This document shows, piece by piece, positions 28,345 through 42,790 of a DNA stretch of 64,000 nucleotides. Numbering within the stretch: the stretch's first letter is position 1; every line of letters begins with the position of its first letter. Origin of the DNA: Camelus ferus (taxonomy: Eukaryota); assembly GCF_009834535.1 (NCBI RefSeq), contig NC_045697.1, positions 88,724,001-88,788,000 on the forward strand, read 5' to 3'. Below the pieces are notes generated by a model. The model was not told where the DNA came from, made no database searches, and saw nothing but the letters and a program-made list of their open reading frames with translations. A program made the position numbers and the translations under genes.

Positions 28345-28642
28345 ATACAGATCCATAATCCCTTTGCAAATCTAACATAAACTTACTTCTAGATAAAACC
28401 TAACCTGACTGAACATGAGGTTTTTCATAACCTTTTCTTATTCTAGTTAGTGTGACTATGCATTCAGGTCCCTGCAGAAATCTGAATGCGTTTGATTACG
28501 GTTGCCACCCAAGACATAATGGGAAATGCTGTAACAGTATACAGAACGTGTGTCATAACACCTTCTCAAAATTAAAAAGAAAATCTGAATTTCAAGACAC
28601 AACTAATCCCAAGGGTTTCAAGTGAGGGAATATGGACCTACA
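28345..28642. mobile_element. Old DNA-transposon relic (TcMar/Tigger-like)
   Basis: Degenerate inverted ends (tacagatccataatcc … ggaatatggacctaca). Family not identified. Confidence 0.4.
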
Positions 28643-30247
28643 ACTACATGCTGAGTTACATCTGTGTTCTAGCCTGGAAAGATTACCATGATATATTAGA
28701 TGTTGAAAAGGTTTTAAAAGGTATAGCATAATCCCATTTGTCCTCGTGTCCATAGGACGTGTGTATACATATAAGTACGATCAGAGAAATGACTAGAAGT
28801 GCATGTTATTCTATAGTATATTTTGTTGTGTATTGTTTTATACAAATCAAGGCCTTCTTATGCGAGTACATAAAATTTCCTTGAGCATTTGGAGTAGGTT
28901 GGCAGGGGTGCAAGGGAGTAGAGGCTATTATATAATATTCTTCCACTACAAATAAAGTATTTCTAATTCTCCTACTGTTAGCAAAAACATTTATTAAGCA
29001 CTTACTGCAAGGCAGACATTGGAATAAGCATTTGCATTGATTATTTAAAATTCAATAGAATTCTTTAGACTAGGTACTATTGCTATTCACATTTAATTTA
29101 TACCCTTTGTACTTTCTGAATTTCTTAGAGGGGACCTAAAAACTTGCAGAAATTTCCATTTTGACTGCATAGAATTATAAAAATTGTTAATTATTTTAAG
29201 CTGTATTAAAAAGAGATTTAAATCTTAAATGTAATACATTTTTCTTAGTATATTTACTACAAAATATCCCTAAATAAGAGGAACAAGTAGTAATGTTTAA
29301 CCAGCTTGTAGAGTGTTTGGGAAGGAGGGTGGAGGAGGAGAAGGGAAGGGAATGCTGATATGTTGCATTTATTCATTTATGTGGTATAAATATTCTCATC
29401 ACAGTCAGTTTCAAGCTATTCCAACATGACACCGCTGAACATGGAGTTACCAAGAGATGTGAATAATTGCTCTTGGGACTCAGCACAGCCTGACTCTAGT
29501 GCTCCTTGGAAGGGCGACTCAATAAGCCTAGAGATAATGAAGTTAATTTTACAGCATAAATATAAATGCCAGTGCTAAAATATTTTGAATGAGTTCATTA
29601 AAAAGGAAAGAAAAAATACAAGTAAGAAAAACAAGTACAAGCAAGATTATTCTAATTAAGTTCATTATATTTTTTAATATGCAAATATAATTTTCAGATG
29701 AAAGTTTTAAAAAAAAAGGTAGCTATAATTATTGAATATAATTGCATCTATCTGAAAAGTCAGCATAATTAACTATGTTCAGGAGTTGTAAGAGGTGAGT
29801 TCCTTTGAGGTAACGCTATATACTTTGGTTCCCAGGACTCAGGGAGTGACCACATAGAGACCATGTGATTTCAACAGCATTTTTCAAAGCTCTGATTCCT
29901 TAGGCTATTGCTTATCATGTTCTGAAAAATATCACCTATTTTCTCCATAATGGACATTTGGATGCTCCTTTTAAGTAGAGTGAATGAGGTTAGGAAAGAA
30001 AAGAAGTTCTGTCATATAGACTAAAGTAAGGATAGAATTATTTAGATCATTAAAGAGGTATGGGTAGAGTCATGAATTTTAGAATCCAGGTAAACTTTTC
30101 AAGAAAATTGGTATGTAATTGTTAATCAGATATGTGAAAAATAGAATGTCCTTATCCAGAAATTACTTATGAAACAGCAAAATTATTACATTCTCATTTC
30201 TTCTGAATAATCATTTAGATATAGAAATACTCACAAGAAATAACACT

Positions 30248-30662
30248 TGTGAGAGTTAAGTTTATGTGTCAGCTTGACTGGACGTGGGATGCCCAAGCAT
30301 TCTGTCAAACATTATTCTGGGTGTGTCTTTGAAAGCATTTCTGAATGAATGAGAATAACATTTGAACTGGCAGACTGAATGAAGAAGAATGCCCTCCCTA
30401 ATGTGGGTAGGCCTCTTCTCATGAGTTCAAGACCTGAATAGAACAAAAAGAGACTGACAAAGAATTCTTTCTGTCTGGCAAGTCTTAGAGCTGGGACATT
30501 GGTTACTGTTGTCTTTGGACTCAAACTGAAGCATGGCTCCCCATGTCTTCCGCTTGCTGACTGCAGATCTGACTTGTCAGCTTGCATAACTGCCTAAGCC
30601 AAGTCACTATATATATATATTCTATTGATTGGTTCTGTTTCTCTGGAGAAATCTGACTTGCA
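30248..30662 (+). mobile_element. MLT2-type ERVL LTR
   Basis: tgtgagagttaagtttatgtgtcagcttgactgg…aaacattattctgggtgtgtc…ttggttctgtttctctggagaaatctgac. Confidence 0.85.
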
Positions 30663-30857
30663 AAATATTTAATTTATTTTGTTTGAAAAAAATATCAATG
30701 TGAAAGATTAAAGTGAAGATGAATCCAAAGTCCTTACTATGGCCTTCAATGCCCTACATGATACACCCTTTTCCGCCCTGTTAGTTCTCTGACTTCATCT
30801 CTTCATTCTTCCCCTTGATTGTTTCACTCCTGCCACACTGGCTTCCCTGTGCAATCA

Positions 30858-31362
30858 AACCATAAAAAGACATGAGGAATCTTAAAACTACTAAAAATAC
30901 TACTAAGTGAAAGAAATCAATCTAAAAAGGCTGCATACTGTATGACTTCAACTATAAAACATTCTGGAAAAGGCACAACTATGGAGACAATAAAAAGATC
31001 CATGGTTGCCAGAGAGTAGGGGGAAAGAAAGATAAACAGGCAGCACATGAATGATTTTTAAGACAGTGAAACGATTCTGTATGATACTACAATGATGGAT
31101 ATATGCCATTATGTAATTGTCCAAATCCAGAGAATGCATAACACCAATAATAAATCCTAATGTAAACTATGGCCTTTGAGTGATTATGATTAACCAATGT
31201 AGGCTCATCAATTGTAACAAATATACTACTGTGGTGTGTGACGCTAATAAGAGAGATTGTGCTTATGTGGGGACAGGGGTACATGGGATCTCTCGGAAAT
31301 GACTCTCAATTTTGCTGTGAACCAAAAACCCTTTTATAAAATAAAGTTTATTTAGTAAAAGA
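30858..31362 (+). mobile_element. L1MC-like 3' end
   Basis: ctaagtgaaagaaatcaatc…cattctggaaaaggcacaactatggagaca…ctcaattttgctgtgaacc…aataaagttt. Confidence 0.75.
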
Positions 31363-33121
31363 GAGAAAGAGACTATTGAGACACTATCAATGAAAATATT
31401 ATGATTCTAGTTCCAAACAGTGACTCTGCTATAAAGATTGTTTCCTATTTGTTCTTTTTTTCTCATTTTCCTCATTTTCTCAGTTCCTTCCAAGAAACCA
31501 GAATTTTTTCTAAGCCTCTGTTTTGTCTGTTAGTATACTGATAATAATCTTATAGGTAGATTTAATCAATTCCCTCCATATGTTTGCTAATTTTTTTCAC
31601 ATATTCATCTGTGTTGTATATAACCTAATAATTTAAGCTCAGCCAATATTTATTAAATATATATTGGCTGATTTTATAAGACACTTATATACACATGTTC
31701 ACTGATTCTATTGCTGAATTACTAAATTATAAGTTAATGGCTGTGTGTATTCCATACTGTGATGGTCTTACCTTACAAAGCCCATTTTAAAATATTAGAT
31801 TTAAAAATAATTCTTTATCAGAATCTAAGATCTTCTTATTTCTTTAAAACAGCTCCAAAGGAGGATCTTTGTTTAAATTTTCTAGGTCTCATTTCTAAAA
31901 TTTGGCATCACCAACTCCAAGGTTGCATTATATGATTTTAAGGATACCCCAATTCTACAAAGATATACTGTTGTGATTATAGAACACTTTGCATACATTT
32001 TAATTAAACAACTAAGAATGATGATTTACTTCACAAAGCAGCATATCATGCTTCAGAATCTGTGAATTCTAAAACCAGTTCCTCCACTTATTAGCTGAGT
32101 GGTTTTGATGCTTCACTTAATTTTTCTCTGCCTTAGATCCTTCATATGTTGAACTGGAATGGGTTATTTTTAAAGTTCCTCCAATGCTAATGCTTAATTA
32201 TTCCAGTTTAAAAGATTTGACATTTCTAGATACTAACCTGCAAATTATGTTAAAATACAATCAACTCAACAAAATAATGTATATTCACCAGATTTACACA
32301 TCCCAAAGTTTTTACAGAAGTCATTTTCTTGCCTCCTGTAACTTCCCAGAATTTACAAAATCGGCCAAAGTAAAGTAAAAAGAGAGCCAGAGAAATTTTA
32401 AAAGTGCCTTGTAATTGAGCAGTTTTCTTCCTTGGCATGTTTGTCTTCTTTACTTGTCTTGCTAAAAGCCTCATTTTTCTATTTTATTACCTACAAACAG
32501 TATGCCCTCTATTCCTGGTTTACTATCATTACTTGCTAGATGCTCTTTTTAATTTCTGCTGGATCATTTTTGGGGCCCTAAAGTAATAAGAATTAGAGAA
32601 CAACAAGTGTTGTTTAAATAACAATGTTTGCCTTTGTTTTTAAGAATATTTGAAACTTAACAATCTGTAAATATTATGTATCTATAAACAAAGAGAACTA
32701 AATCCTTCTCAAGGCAATGAAATTTTTATAGAAAATTTCTTTTTCTAATAGAAAATATTGGTGTAACTGGTATAACTAAATGGTTCTAAACAGCTTTAGT
32801 TATTCATGTATTTCTTTATATACTTTTTAAAATTTTATTTTTATTGAAGTGGCTTTGATTTACACATATATTTCTTATTAATACATATATATAGTGAGCT
32901 TCTTTCTTGGGCATAATGTTACTTGACAACTTATTAAAAGAAAAGAAAACAATATGAACTCTTCCCATAAAGAAAATATAGTCTAGCTGGTTGATGGAGG
33001 CATTTAAAAAAAGATAAATAACAATACATACATGATCATAAAACAGAAAATTAGTCTTAAGTGTTAAATGAGTATTGTAGATATTATATAATTTCAGGCA
33101 TTGGGAAGGGGACTTTTCACA

Positions 33122-33640
33122 GTTGTCTTGGCCTAGGTCCTTTAGAAAAGAGACCCTGAGGCTAAGATTAAGTGTTCACCCTTAATTTGGGGCATATAAG
33201 TCCAGACAAGTGAGGATGATGGAAGAAAAAAAAAAAAAAAAGCAAGGCAGGGAAAGCTGAAAAGCTATGTAGTGTGATAAGAAGCACTACAGTCCTGGCT
33301 CCTTCTTCAGAATCATCACTGGGGCACAGCAGCTGCTGGCAGCGAATTCACACAGCACAAGTGACATCAGTAAAATGATTGTAAAACAAAATACTCCTTG
33401 GGGGATCCACAGCAGAGAGAACGGAGGTGGAATTTACCTCCTATTTCCCACTGGTCAAGGTTCAGCCCATGGGAGCCAACTCCCCACAGGCCTGGCTTGC
33501 TGAGCAACCAGTATCCCAAGTTCCCAGGGGTGTATTTCATCCATATCTGCAAGAAAGAGTGACTCAGCTTGGATGCTGTGCCAACTAAGTGAGAAAAAGG
33601 AAGTCATCACGGAAATAAGCCTGAGAATACAACAGGTTTG
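33122..33640 (-). mobile_element. Old ERVL LTR relic (LTR16/LTR33-like)
   Basis: tgtcttggcctaggtcctttagaaaagagaccctgaggctaagatt resembles that LTR terminus; right boundary uncertain. Confidence 0.45.
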
Positions 33641-34059
33641 AAAGGTCAGGGAAAATTTATGGACTTAAATTGTGGGCTTTCAGATGAGTGAGGTTTGGAT
33701 ATTGAAGGAAAAGAGAGAACACGTTTGGTAGGGAAAACAGTATAAAGGAAAGTAGGAAAGAAAAGAAAGCACATGGAACATGATAAACACACTGAGTGCG
33801 GTAGAGAGAGTTTTGGCTGAATCCAGGACTGGACAGAGGGTCTGGTAGAAAGTTTGGACAGTATTGAGGGTTAGGCTAGAACATTTATATCTGACTCAGG
33901 CCACGGAGGCATCACTAATCCCTAAGTAGGTTAGGCATGTGATGAATGTGGGATGCTTACAGCATCATTATAACAGTGGCACATAGGACAGGTTTGAGGA
34001 GTAAGAACATAGTTTCAGATGAACAATGAAATGGAGATATTTTTAAAAATTACCATTTT

Positions 34060-34275
34060 TGAAATGTGCTTAATGTGGTAGATACATGTTAAGCATTTTT
34101 AATGCATTACCTCATTTAATTCTATACCATAAATATGGGAAGCAATTCCCTTCTAAAGAGGAGGAAAATAAGGTTCTGAAAAATCAAGTAACTTGCCCAA
34201 ATTCACACAGCTAATGATCCCATCCTGCATTTAATCCTAGACCAACTACAAAGTTCGTATTTTAACTACTACATC
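34060..34275 (-). mobile_element. MIR relic
   Basis: cattacctcatttaattc…gaggaggaaaataaggttctga…aagtaacttgcccaaattcacacagcta. Confidence 0.7.
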
Positions 34276-37200
34276 ACCAGTCTAAAATTTTTAAGTTTCA
34301 CATCATTTTCAGGGTAATGAGATCCACATATATAAAACATAAAGTTTAAATTTGAAATTTCCAGTGTATTATAATTTCACCTGAGATCAATAAAATAAAC
34401 GCTCAAAATCTTCATATTCTAAAGTGAGATCATAGACCATAATATTGTGAATTTACCTCTCTGTCAGCTTCAGCCCATCACCCACACCTAACCTACAGAA
34501 GAAAAGACCGAGAGTGAATTTGAAGTTAATTTTTAAAAGCCCATTGTGTCGTGCCCTCCCCGGTCCCCCAGCCCCTCCACGGTGGAGAGAAGGGTGGTGT
34601 GCATTTCACCCTAGGCTAAGCCAGAGGGAGCGCTGGATGTGTGTGCTCTGGAATTTGAGCAGGAAAGAGACAGATCTCCAAAGTCTGAAATCAAGGAGTG
34701 GTTTCTAGAGTGAGTGTTTCAGGAGAGCTTTCTCTGGGAGTGAGCTCTGCTCTCACCGACAGAGCCAGAGGCGAGTTCCCCGGGAGTCATACGTGGACAC
34801 CTGGATGAAAGCAAGCAGGCTTGAATAGAATGAGTTCTGAAAGTTTTCCCGACAGGAGGGAGGTGACCTCAGCAGAGAGGGCATGAACAGTAAGTGGGAT
34901 AATGGGCCGGGAGTTGTAAGGGAGAAGCCAGAAAAGTCAGCACCCACGCAGAAAGCTTCCGCCGGACCCCCAAAGCACGGAATCTCTAGAGGGCCCCGAG
35001 AAACAGGCAGCTACGGACATCTGTCACCTCTGATTACAGTTCTGCCACTCAAGAAAACTTTTTCTGTCCTTCGCTGCTGCTCCTCTCCTCTCTCCAAACC
35101 TGGAGATGAAGTAGCACAAATAGAGAGGACTAAAGAAACAAGGAAATTATCCACCGCAACCCTCTGCTCACACTGGATGCACCTCTGAGGCGGGCCAGGG
35201 TGGGGCGACAAAAAGTGCTTTAAATCGGTAGAGAGTCTGAAGAGCTTGTATTAGTCGGCATTGAACCTGAAAGTATCCACACCTCTGCCACTCACCAAGA
35301 TGTTATCCACATGATTGAGGAGATAGCAGACAGCAGACAGGATGCGTGGAGTGAGCAGACATGATAAAGAATAAAGTTGCCTTCTGCCAGTGCCCCTCAG
35401 AGACCAGAGCTTTCACTTAATGGTTAAAATGTTTATTTACTTATAGTGTAGTTGCTTCTCTGGTACTTTTAAAACCATACTAAAATATAGAATATGAATA
35501 ATATGCATCTTCAATATATTAAAATACAAGATGAAAATGAATAGAAATTGTAACTTAATTTTACTTTGAAAGACAATCTGTTGTAATAATCCTCGTATGT
35601 ATTAACATATCTAATATATTGTAATAATCCTTGTACAAGACAAGTATGTTGTGTATACTGAGGCAGGTAGTGATGTGCCGTGGGAAAGAAAGAGATGGCT
35701 GGTCCATGTATATGTTACTGACAGCTGGTTAGGGAAAACTTTGATGTAGCAAAATGCAAAATCTAGACTAGTGGTAGACCACTACTATGATGTATTTGAT
35801 ATATAGTCATTTGTGTGTTGAACATTTAAGAATATTTTAATGAAAATAAGTCACTCAAGAGTTAAGTAGTACAGACAGAATAATAACCTCCTGATTTTTG
35901 TGATTTTGACCCCAATATTCATGTTTTTAAACTCTAATATAACAACAGAGCTTTCTCATTAGGCAGAACCTGTCTCTACCTGGTCAAAAGACAAGATTCA
36001 GAGGAGAAAAACTACCCAGTGAAAGGGAAGACAGCTCCTTCCACTCTGTAGAATAAACTTTGGGCCAAGAAAGAGGCCCCCTATCTGATACCAAAACAGA
36101 ACTCTCTTTGATCTGTGAAATTCTATTTCTGGGTTTTTAGACTAAAAAGATGAATAAGATCTAGCATCTGTCTTAGGTTTAATTTTATAAACTTTTATCT
36201 TTTATAAATCATCTAAAGAAAGAGACATCGCACATGATTTTTTTTAAGAAAATTTTATCCTTTTTTGGTTAAAGTCTGCCACTGTGTGGCTACTTTGAAA
36301 AACAACAATTTTAGAAGTGATTTTTTCTTAAGCATTCAGGTCTAGAAGGGAAGAGAGGAGCTTATGCTATTTACAGCGTGAGCTTCCATCTTTGTTAATC
36401 TGATCTAAGCGGTGTAGGGCATTCCTTTGTGGTAACATTATTACCTACGCAAAGAGTTCCATATGAATTATTTACTCCTCACTACCGACCTCCCAGTTAG
36501 ATACACATTACCTCTGTAAGGTCTGCAAGGACTGTGTCCTTCACCCCTCAAAGAGCACTGACACAAGCCCAGAACAGGGCTCTTCAGAGTTTAGACTGGT
36601 CTCTAATATTAGTCAATGAACTGTATCAGTAGCATCGCAGGACTTCTACGTGGCGGAGCTGGATTTGCCGGCTGACACTGGAACTAGATATATGAGGGTC
36701 TAACTTTTTGTCCCCCGTGTCATAAAGTTTCTAGCTATTTTTTAGAATATTAATTCTGTATTTCAAGTTACAAAAATATTTAAGCTTCACTTTGTACTCG
36801 GATGGCAAAATTAATAGTAGTTCTAGTATTGGTATAGTATAGCATCAATAGCCAAAGGACAAAATTATCATCTTATTAAGAATTAGTGCCTAAGAATTTC
36901 AATTTTTTTTCATGTTATATCAAACAAACGCAAAACAAAAATAAAAATAACACCCATATGCTAAAAAAAATGGTATCAATAAATACACATGAAATGCTTG
37001 TTTCCTGGTCTTCTTACTGAAATATGAGAAATTATCATTACTATGTGAAGAAGTATAACTAACTTTATGTAATAGCAATCTACACCAATAAACTGTGATT
37101 AAGGATTAATACTAATTGTTAAGATTTATGTTTTGGACAGAAAAACAAAGTTTGTAAAGGTGAGGTCACCTATTTCTTATCCGAAGAATTCTTCATACCA

Positions 37201-38477
37201 CAATGGTGCTTCTCCTGTCATAAAATCACATGAAAAAATTTATCTATTTCTAAAAGAGCTAATAGTATATGCTTTAGTTTTCATTGCAAATTTTTTTTCA
37301 AAAGCTGTATAATTTAGGTAAAGGAAAAGTCAAGGAAAAAATAATTTACAATCCAAATGCTTTTTCTTTCTTTTTTATAATGTTATAGCTGAAAGACATG
37401 GAGAATGGCTACCACCCTTCCTCACTCCCTCCTAAAGATTATAGGTTGAGGTAAGTCCAAAACGTCTTTAAACATTTAGAGTTTTTTGTTAACCCTTTTC
37501 CCCAAAAAAATTATTGACAGGAACTGCAGACTCCAGAAAAAAAAATCTAAAAATTTTGAATATATTTTTTTCATAAGTCACAATGAATAAATCACCAAGT
37601 GTGAGACTTACTATTCTGATTCGATCTTTCTCCAGTTTTTTAAGCTTGAAATATAGCCTCAAAAAGTTAAGGCACAAAGCTGTTAGTATTTGCTATAGTC
37701 AGGATTTAAGTTGATTTGGCACTAGAGACATCAATTACCCTCAATTAAAAAACCCATTGCCATTGCACTTCTGCTTGTATTCAGTATTGACTATAATCTT
37801 CCGTTTGCAATCATCAGGAAGATGATCTTGAAAGGTGCTTAAGCCTCAAGTAAAGGCAGCTTTCTACAACTCAGAGGGAGGATGTCACTAGTAATAACAT
37901 ATTATTATTGTGTGTATGTGACTGTAGTTCTATGACGGTAAATGTTTACATTCTGGTAGGTTTTACTGTAAGTATAGGGGATAGGACTTCAGTCAGTGGA
38001 GGTTCTCACCCACACAGAGCTTATGTTCCAGTGGAGCAGACAGGTGATCAACAAGAAAAAAACAGCGTCACTTCAAATAGTGACGAGCACATTAGAGAAA
38101 ACCAGGCAAAACACTCTGATAATAAGTGACTGTTGGAAGGCAGTATCAATTATGGAAATTAGATAAGGGATTTCTGAGTAGGGACTATCTAGCCAGAGGC
38201 TTAAATAACAAGAAAGACTGAGCCATACAAACACCTGAGAGAAGAGCACTGCACCAGAAAGAAATAGAAAATTAAAAGGCCCGGAGGAAACGTCTAATTT
38301 AACGGTGGGGTGGTAAGGCAGGGTAATTGTTTCAAAGAAGTGAGAAGGGCACAAGTTGGGTTTAATTTGCAATTTTTCATCTACTTGCTTTTTTTTTGTT
38401 TAACTGGTCACTTGGCCAATTGTTTTAAGAAATTTGAAACTTTGGAGTATTGCTTATTAAGGATGATGTAGACTAGC

Positions 38478-38815
38478 ATAGTTCAAAGTACTTCTCAAAG
38501 TTCTTCTCCAACTTGAATGTACATGGTGTTATGTAAAAATGCAGTTTTGATTCAGGAAATTCTGATTCACCAGGGGTGAGTCCAGGATTCCGCTTTTTTC
38601 TAACATACTCCCACTTGAAGCCAGTCTGCTGCTCCCTGGATCGCCTTTGATAAGCAACATTGTACACTCCCATGGCTCTCAATCTTTTATGTGCGCCCGC
38701 TGAGAGTGAAGATTTGGGTTTCTATTTCTAAGTTCCCGATTCTGTAAGGTGTAGAAATATGTATTTTAACAAGTAATTCTGATGAAGTTGGTCCATGTAT
38801 ATCGTGTTGTGGAGG
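38478..38815. mobile_element. Two adjacent MER5-like relics
   Basis: agtacttctcaaagt…attctgattca…tttctaaca; a second ttttaacaag…ttctgatg motif follows. Confidence 0.5.
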
Positions 38816-39613
38816 ACAGGAAATTTAATAACATAAGCTCTAACTTTCTTTCCACCTCTGATCTTCACTCTTAGAGACATTTGGCGGTTGACATGAAGAA
38901 CCCCTTTTTCTCACCTGTATATGCATCAAAATATTCATCAAAATTGTATTTATTGAATATCTACTCAACAAATACTATTTGGTGGCTCTTGTCCTCAAGA
39001 ACTCACAATCTGGAGACAAGTAGCCCAAGACTACATTAGAATTAATAAGAGCATGTGTTTTAGAAGCAGGCAAACCCATGAGATATGTTAAGTGTAGAAA
39101 GGCTACTTAAACTCACTGAATATTCTCTTGGTATCCTCACCAATAAAATAAGGAGAGTTTCGATATTCCATAAACCTTATGCAAGGATGAAAGGGCATGA
39201 TCTAAGTAAAGTGATCAGTATCATGTTTAGCATAAAGTAAGTACAGAAATAGTAGTGGACTATAGGGTATTGGGTATCTGAAGATAGTAAATAAATATTT
39301 TAAATTTTTTTTAAGTGTGATAATAGCATTCTGGATATGTAAAAATAAGTAGTCCTTAAAGTTAGAGATATGTATTGGATTCTTAACAATGAAATGACAT
39401 AATATCTGACATCTGTAATAGACAAAACTTTAAAAAAATTTTTTTGAAGAGATAGATGAAATAAGATTAGCAAAGTGTCAATAATTTTGAAGCTCTGTGA
39501 TAGGCAACATTATCTCCATTTTTTAGTATGCTTTAAAATTTCCATTAAAAATTAAGAAAATATATTCTGCAAGCTAAAATTGAGCACAATAATTCCAGTA
39601 CTCACTCACTTTT

Positions 39614-39742
39614 GTAAAAAATTTATTTTGGTGGGGGGAGGTAATTATTTTTGTTTACTTTTAGAGGAGGTACTGGGGATTGAACCTACAACCTTGTGCA
39701 TGCCAAGCATGCGCTCTACCACTTGAGCTATACCCTCCCCAC
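39614..39742 (-). mobile_element. tRNA-derived SINE (Vic-1-like)
   Basis: A box TAGCTCAAGTGG and B box GGTTCAATCC on the minus strand; 13-bp TSD ctca(c/t)tcactttt (39601-39613, 39743-39755). Confidence 0.9.
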
Positions 39743-40889
39743 CTCATTCACTTTTAAGGAGGGCAATAGCAGAATTGAAATCTTTGTAATATCGGAGATA
39801 ATGTTAAAAAATGAATAGTTTAATATTAACTTAAATGTACTAAAATTTTGTTACAAAGTTGATGATAGGTAAAGTTTTCCGATTTTTGCTACTAACAAAA
39901 TTCTTTGTCTTTGAGTAAAAAATTAATTCATAATTTTATTTTTCAAATACAGATTCTGAATCTATACATTAAGAGAGCTTAGATACAATAACACCCAGAA
40001 GCAGTGAGCACATGTACACAGAGATCTTGGTTTCTAAATATAATTTCACATTAAGGGGAAGCAGAGATCCATGAAGAAATGGCTGATACGGGATCTCAGC
40101 AGGGAAAATGCAAGATGAGCCCTGACCTCTGGAAGGACTAAATGAAAGACGTCAAAAGGACAAAGAAACTAGTTTCATGGGGCTCCCATCGTCCAAATTT
40201 GGGACATTTTAAGCATAAAAATAATAGTAAGTGTATTTGATTATAAAATATTCTATTAATTAAATACATATATCATTAATGGTGCTTGTAGACAGTATCA
40301 GAGAGAGAAGAGAGAACAGTAGAAGGGAGGGGAGGGGAGAGGAAGGGAAGAGAAGAGAAAAGAATCTATGTTTCCACTCCCCAAAAGGACTATTGTAAAA
40401 CCTGAATATAAAAACTCTTAATTCATGGTTAAAGACTAGCACTTACTCTGCCTTTTGGAGGAAACAAATGGAAAGCTTTTCTTTCTGGAAGTATTCTCAA
40501 TAATAAATGTGAAATAAACTATTTCACATTTAGAAAAATCACTTTCAGCAACACCTGATGAGATAATCAGTTCAGGCAGGGATCATCAACGGATGCTGAA
40601 ATATTTCCCAAATATTACTTCAAAGATTACACGCTAATTCAAAAAGATGATTAACCCTTATAATGGAGAAATCTGGTGGTCAGCACCTTAACTAAGTAAC
40701 CAACGTTAGCATCATTAATATTGAAAACAATCTGATGCTATTATTTGGCACCATTAATACTGGGGGGGGGGGGGAACCAAATTTAGCATCATTCACACTG
40801 AAAAAAATCTCCTAGTATGATGCAAAATGATGAAACAGCCTGGAAATAATACAGCCTTTAACTGATTTTTCCAGGGTAGAATAGAGACA

Positions 40890-42660
40890 CCCTTCTGGCT
40901 TCTTTAAAGATTTTTGTCTGTCTTTGGTTCTCTGTGGTATGAATATGATATGCCTAGGTGGATGTTTTGTGAGTTAGTTAGTTTGTTTTGTATTTATCCT
41001 GTTATTCTTTGAGCTTCCTGGATCTGTAGTTTGGTGTCTGATAATAATTTTGGAATTATTTTGTCCATTATTACTTCAAATATTTCTTCTGCTCCATTTT
41101 CTTTCTTCTCATTCTGGTATTCCTACTACACATATGTTACTTTTAGAAATGTCCCAAGTTCTTGGAGTCTCTATTCTTTTTTTAAAATTCTTTGTAGTCT
41201 TTGCATTTCATATTGGGAAGTTTCCATTGGTCTATCTTCAAGCTCCCTAAATCCTTCCTCAGTTGTGGCCACACTGATGAGACATTTAAAGCCATTCTCC
41301 ATTTCTATTACAGTGTTTTTGATATCTAGCATTTCCTTTTTTAAAAACAAAATTTGGTGATGGGAGGAAATTAGGTTTATATATTAATTTATTCTTGGAG
41401 GTGGTACTGGGGATTGAACCCAGGACTTCATGCGTGCTAAGCATGCACTCTATGACTTGAGCTCTACCCTCCCACCCTAGCATTTCCTTTTGATACTTTC
41501 TTAGAGTTTCTGCCTGCCTGTTTACATTAGCTATCCATCTTGGGATATTGTTTTGTTTTTACAATTGGAGCATTCATATGAATGAGTCATTTTAAATTCT
41601 ATTTGTAATAATTCCAAAATTTGTGTCATACATATCTCAGTCTGGTACTATTTCTTGCTTTGTCTCAGATTTTTTTTCTTGCCCATTGATATGCCTTGCA
41701 ATATTTTGTTAGATGCCAGGGATGCTGTGTTGAGGACTAGGTACTGAGGCAAAGAGGACTTTACTGTGAGGATTTATGTGAATCTGGATAGGAGCTGGGC
41801 AGAAATGAATGTTTGCTGTAGCTGTCGGTGCCAGCGGCTTTCTGCTCCTCTGGGGTCCTTATTTCTGCCTCCCTTCCTCACTTTGGGCTTTAGTACTCCC
41901 TCCTCAGGGCACATCTGCATCTTGCAGCTCTGTCAGCTGTATTGTACTGTCATTTTACTGGAATCCAGTGTGTGGGGTGATGAGGGGTGTAGGGTGGGAC
42001 AGGGGACCAATACTGTCATCTTAGGATCAAATCTCCGTCTTTTAGTGCACCTGCAGCTCGGGGCTAAGACCTTGACTGGTGTTTCTACACTAGTTGTTGA
42101 GCTTTGCCCTATGCCTTAGGTTAGACAGGGAGGCGAGAATGAGCTAGGTTGGGCAGAATTCCCTTCCTCTGCCTGGGATAAGGCTCTGGGTAAAATCTTT
42201 TCCTCTTGAAAAGTACGCCTTAGTGATGGAGAATCCACTGGACATATTACACAACGATTACTCTTTCCCTCCTCCTGCCAGCATCACAAGGTTAGAGAAT
42301 TTGCATGTGTACTCTGAAAACCCCATGGGGCTCCCAGAGATAAAACCTGTGAATGGATGAGGGTCATCCAAGACTTCAGCCCCCATGGGTTTTTCACTCT
42401 CATGCTAGTCTACACTCAGCCTCCAGCAATTCATCAAAATGACCATTTAAGTGTCCTTACCATTTTATGACTCCAGCAACTTCTGCTCCAGGTAAGCAGA
42501 TCTCGTCTGTGACTCTCTGGATTTGCCCATCTTTCCAGACTTCAAGGTAACAAGTTTCTTTATAATCTCAGGTCTTTGATGAGTCCAAGAAAAGTCACTA
42601 ATTTTCAGTTTCTTCTTCCTTTTCTTGCAGGCACAGGAAGGATGATTGGCAAGCTCTTTA
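40890..42660 (-). mobile_element. Old L1 5'/ORF1 region, degenerate, with a SINE inserted
   Basis: T-rich antisense ORF1 motifs (tgagcttcctggatctgt…ccattattacttcaaatatttcttctgc…tctatcttcaagctccctaa). Confidence 0.7.
41341..41476 (-). mobile_element. tRNA-derived SINE (Vic-1-like)
   Basis: gtactggggattgaacccaggacttcatgcgtgctaagcatgcactc; perfect 15-bp TSD ctagcatttcctttt (41326-41340, 41477-41491). Confidence 0.92.
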
Positions 42661-42672
42661 TATATTGGAGGG

Positions 42673-42790
42673 GTTTTTTTTCCCTTTTTTTTCCTTGAAG
42701 TATAGTCAGTTATAATGTGTCAATTTCCAGTGTACAGCATAATGTCCCAGCCATACATATATATGTACATGTATTTGTTTTCATATTCTC
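42673..42790 (-). mobile_element. L1 extreme 3' end with tail
   Basis: ttttt…ttgaagtatagtcagttataatgtgtcaatttccagtgtacagc; flanks atattgga/acattgga. Confidence 0.75.

Noticed and set aside
39670..39742. tRNA-Ala-like sequences (here and in five other copies) as tRNA genes
   Set aside because: Diverged, followed by a SINE body and A-rich tail, and several have TSDs; these are SINE heads.
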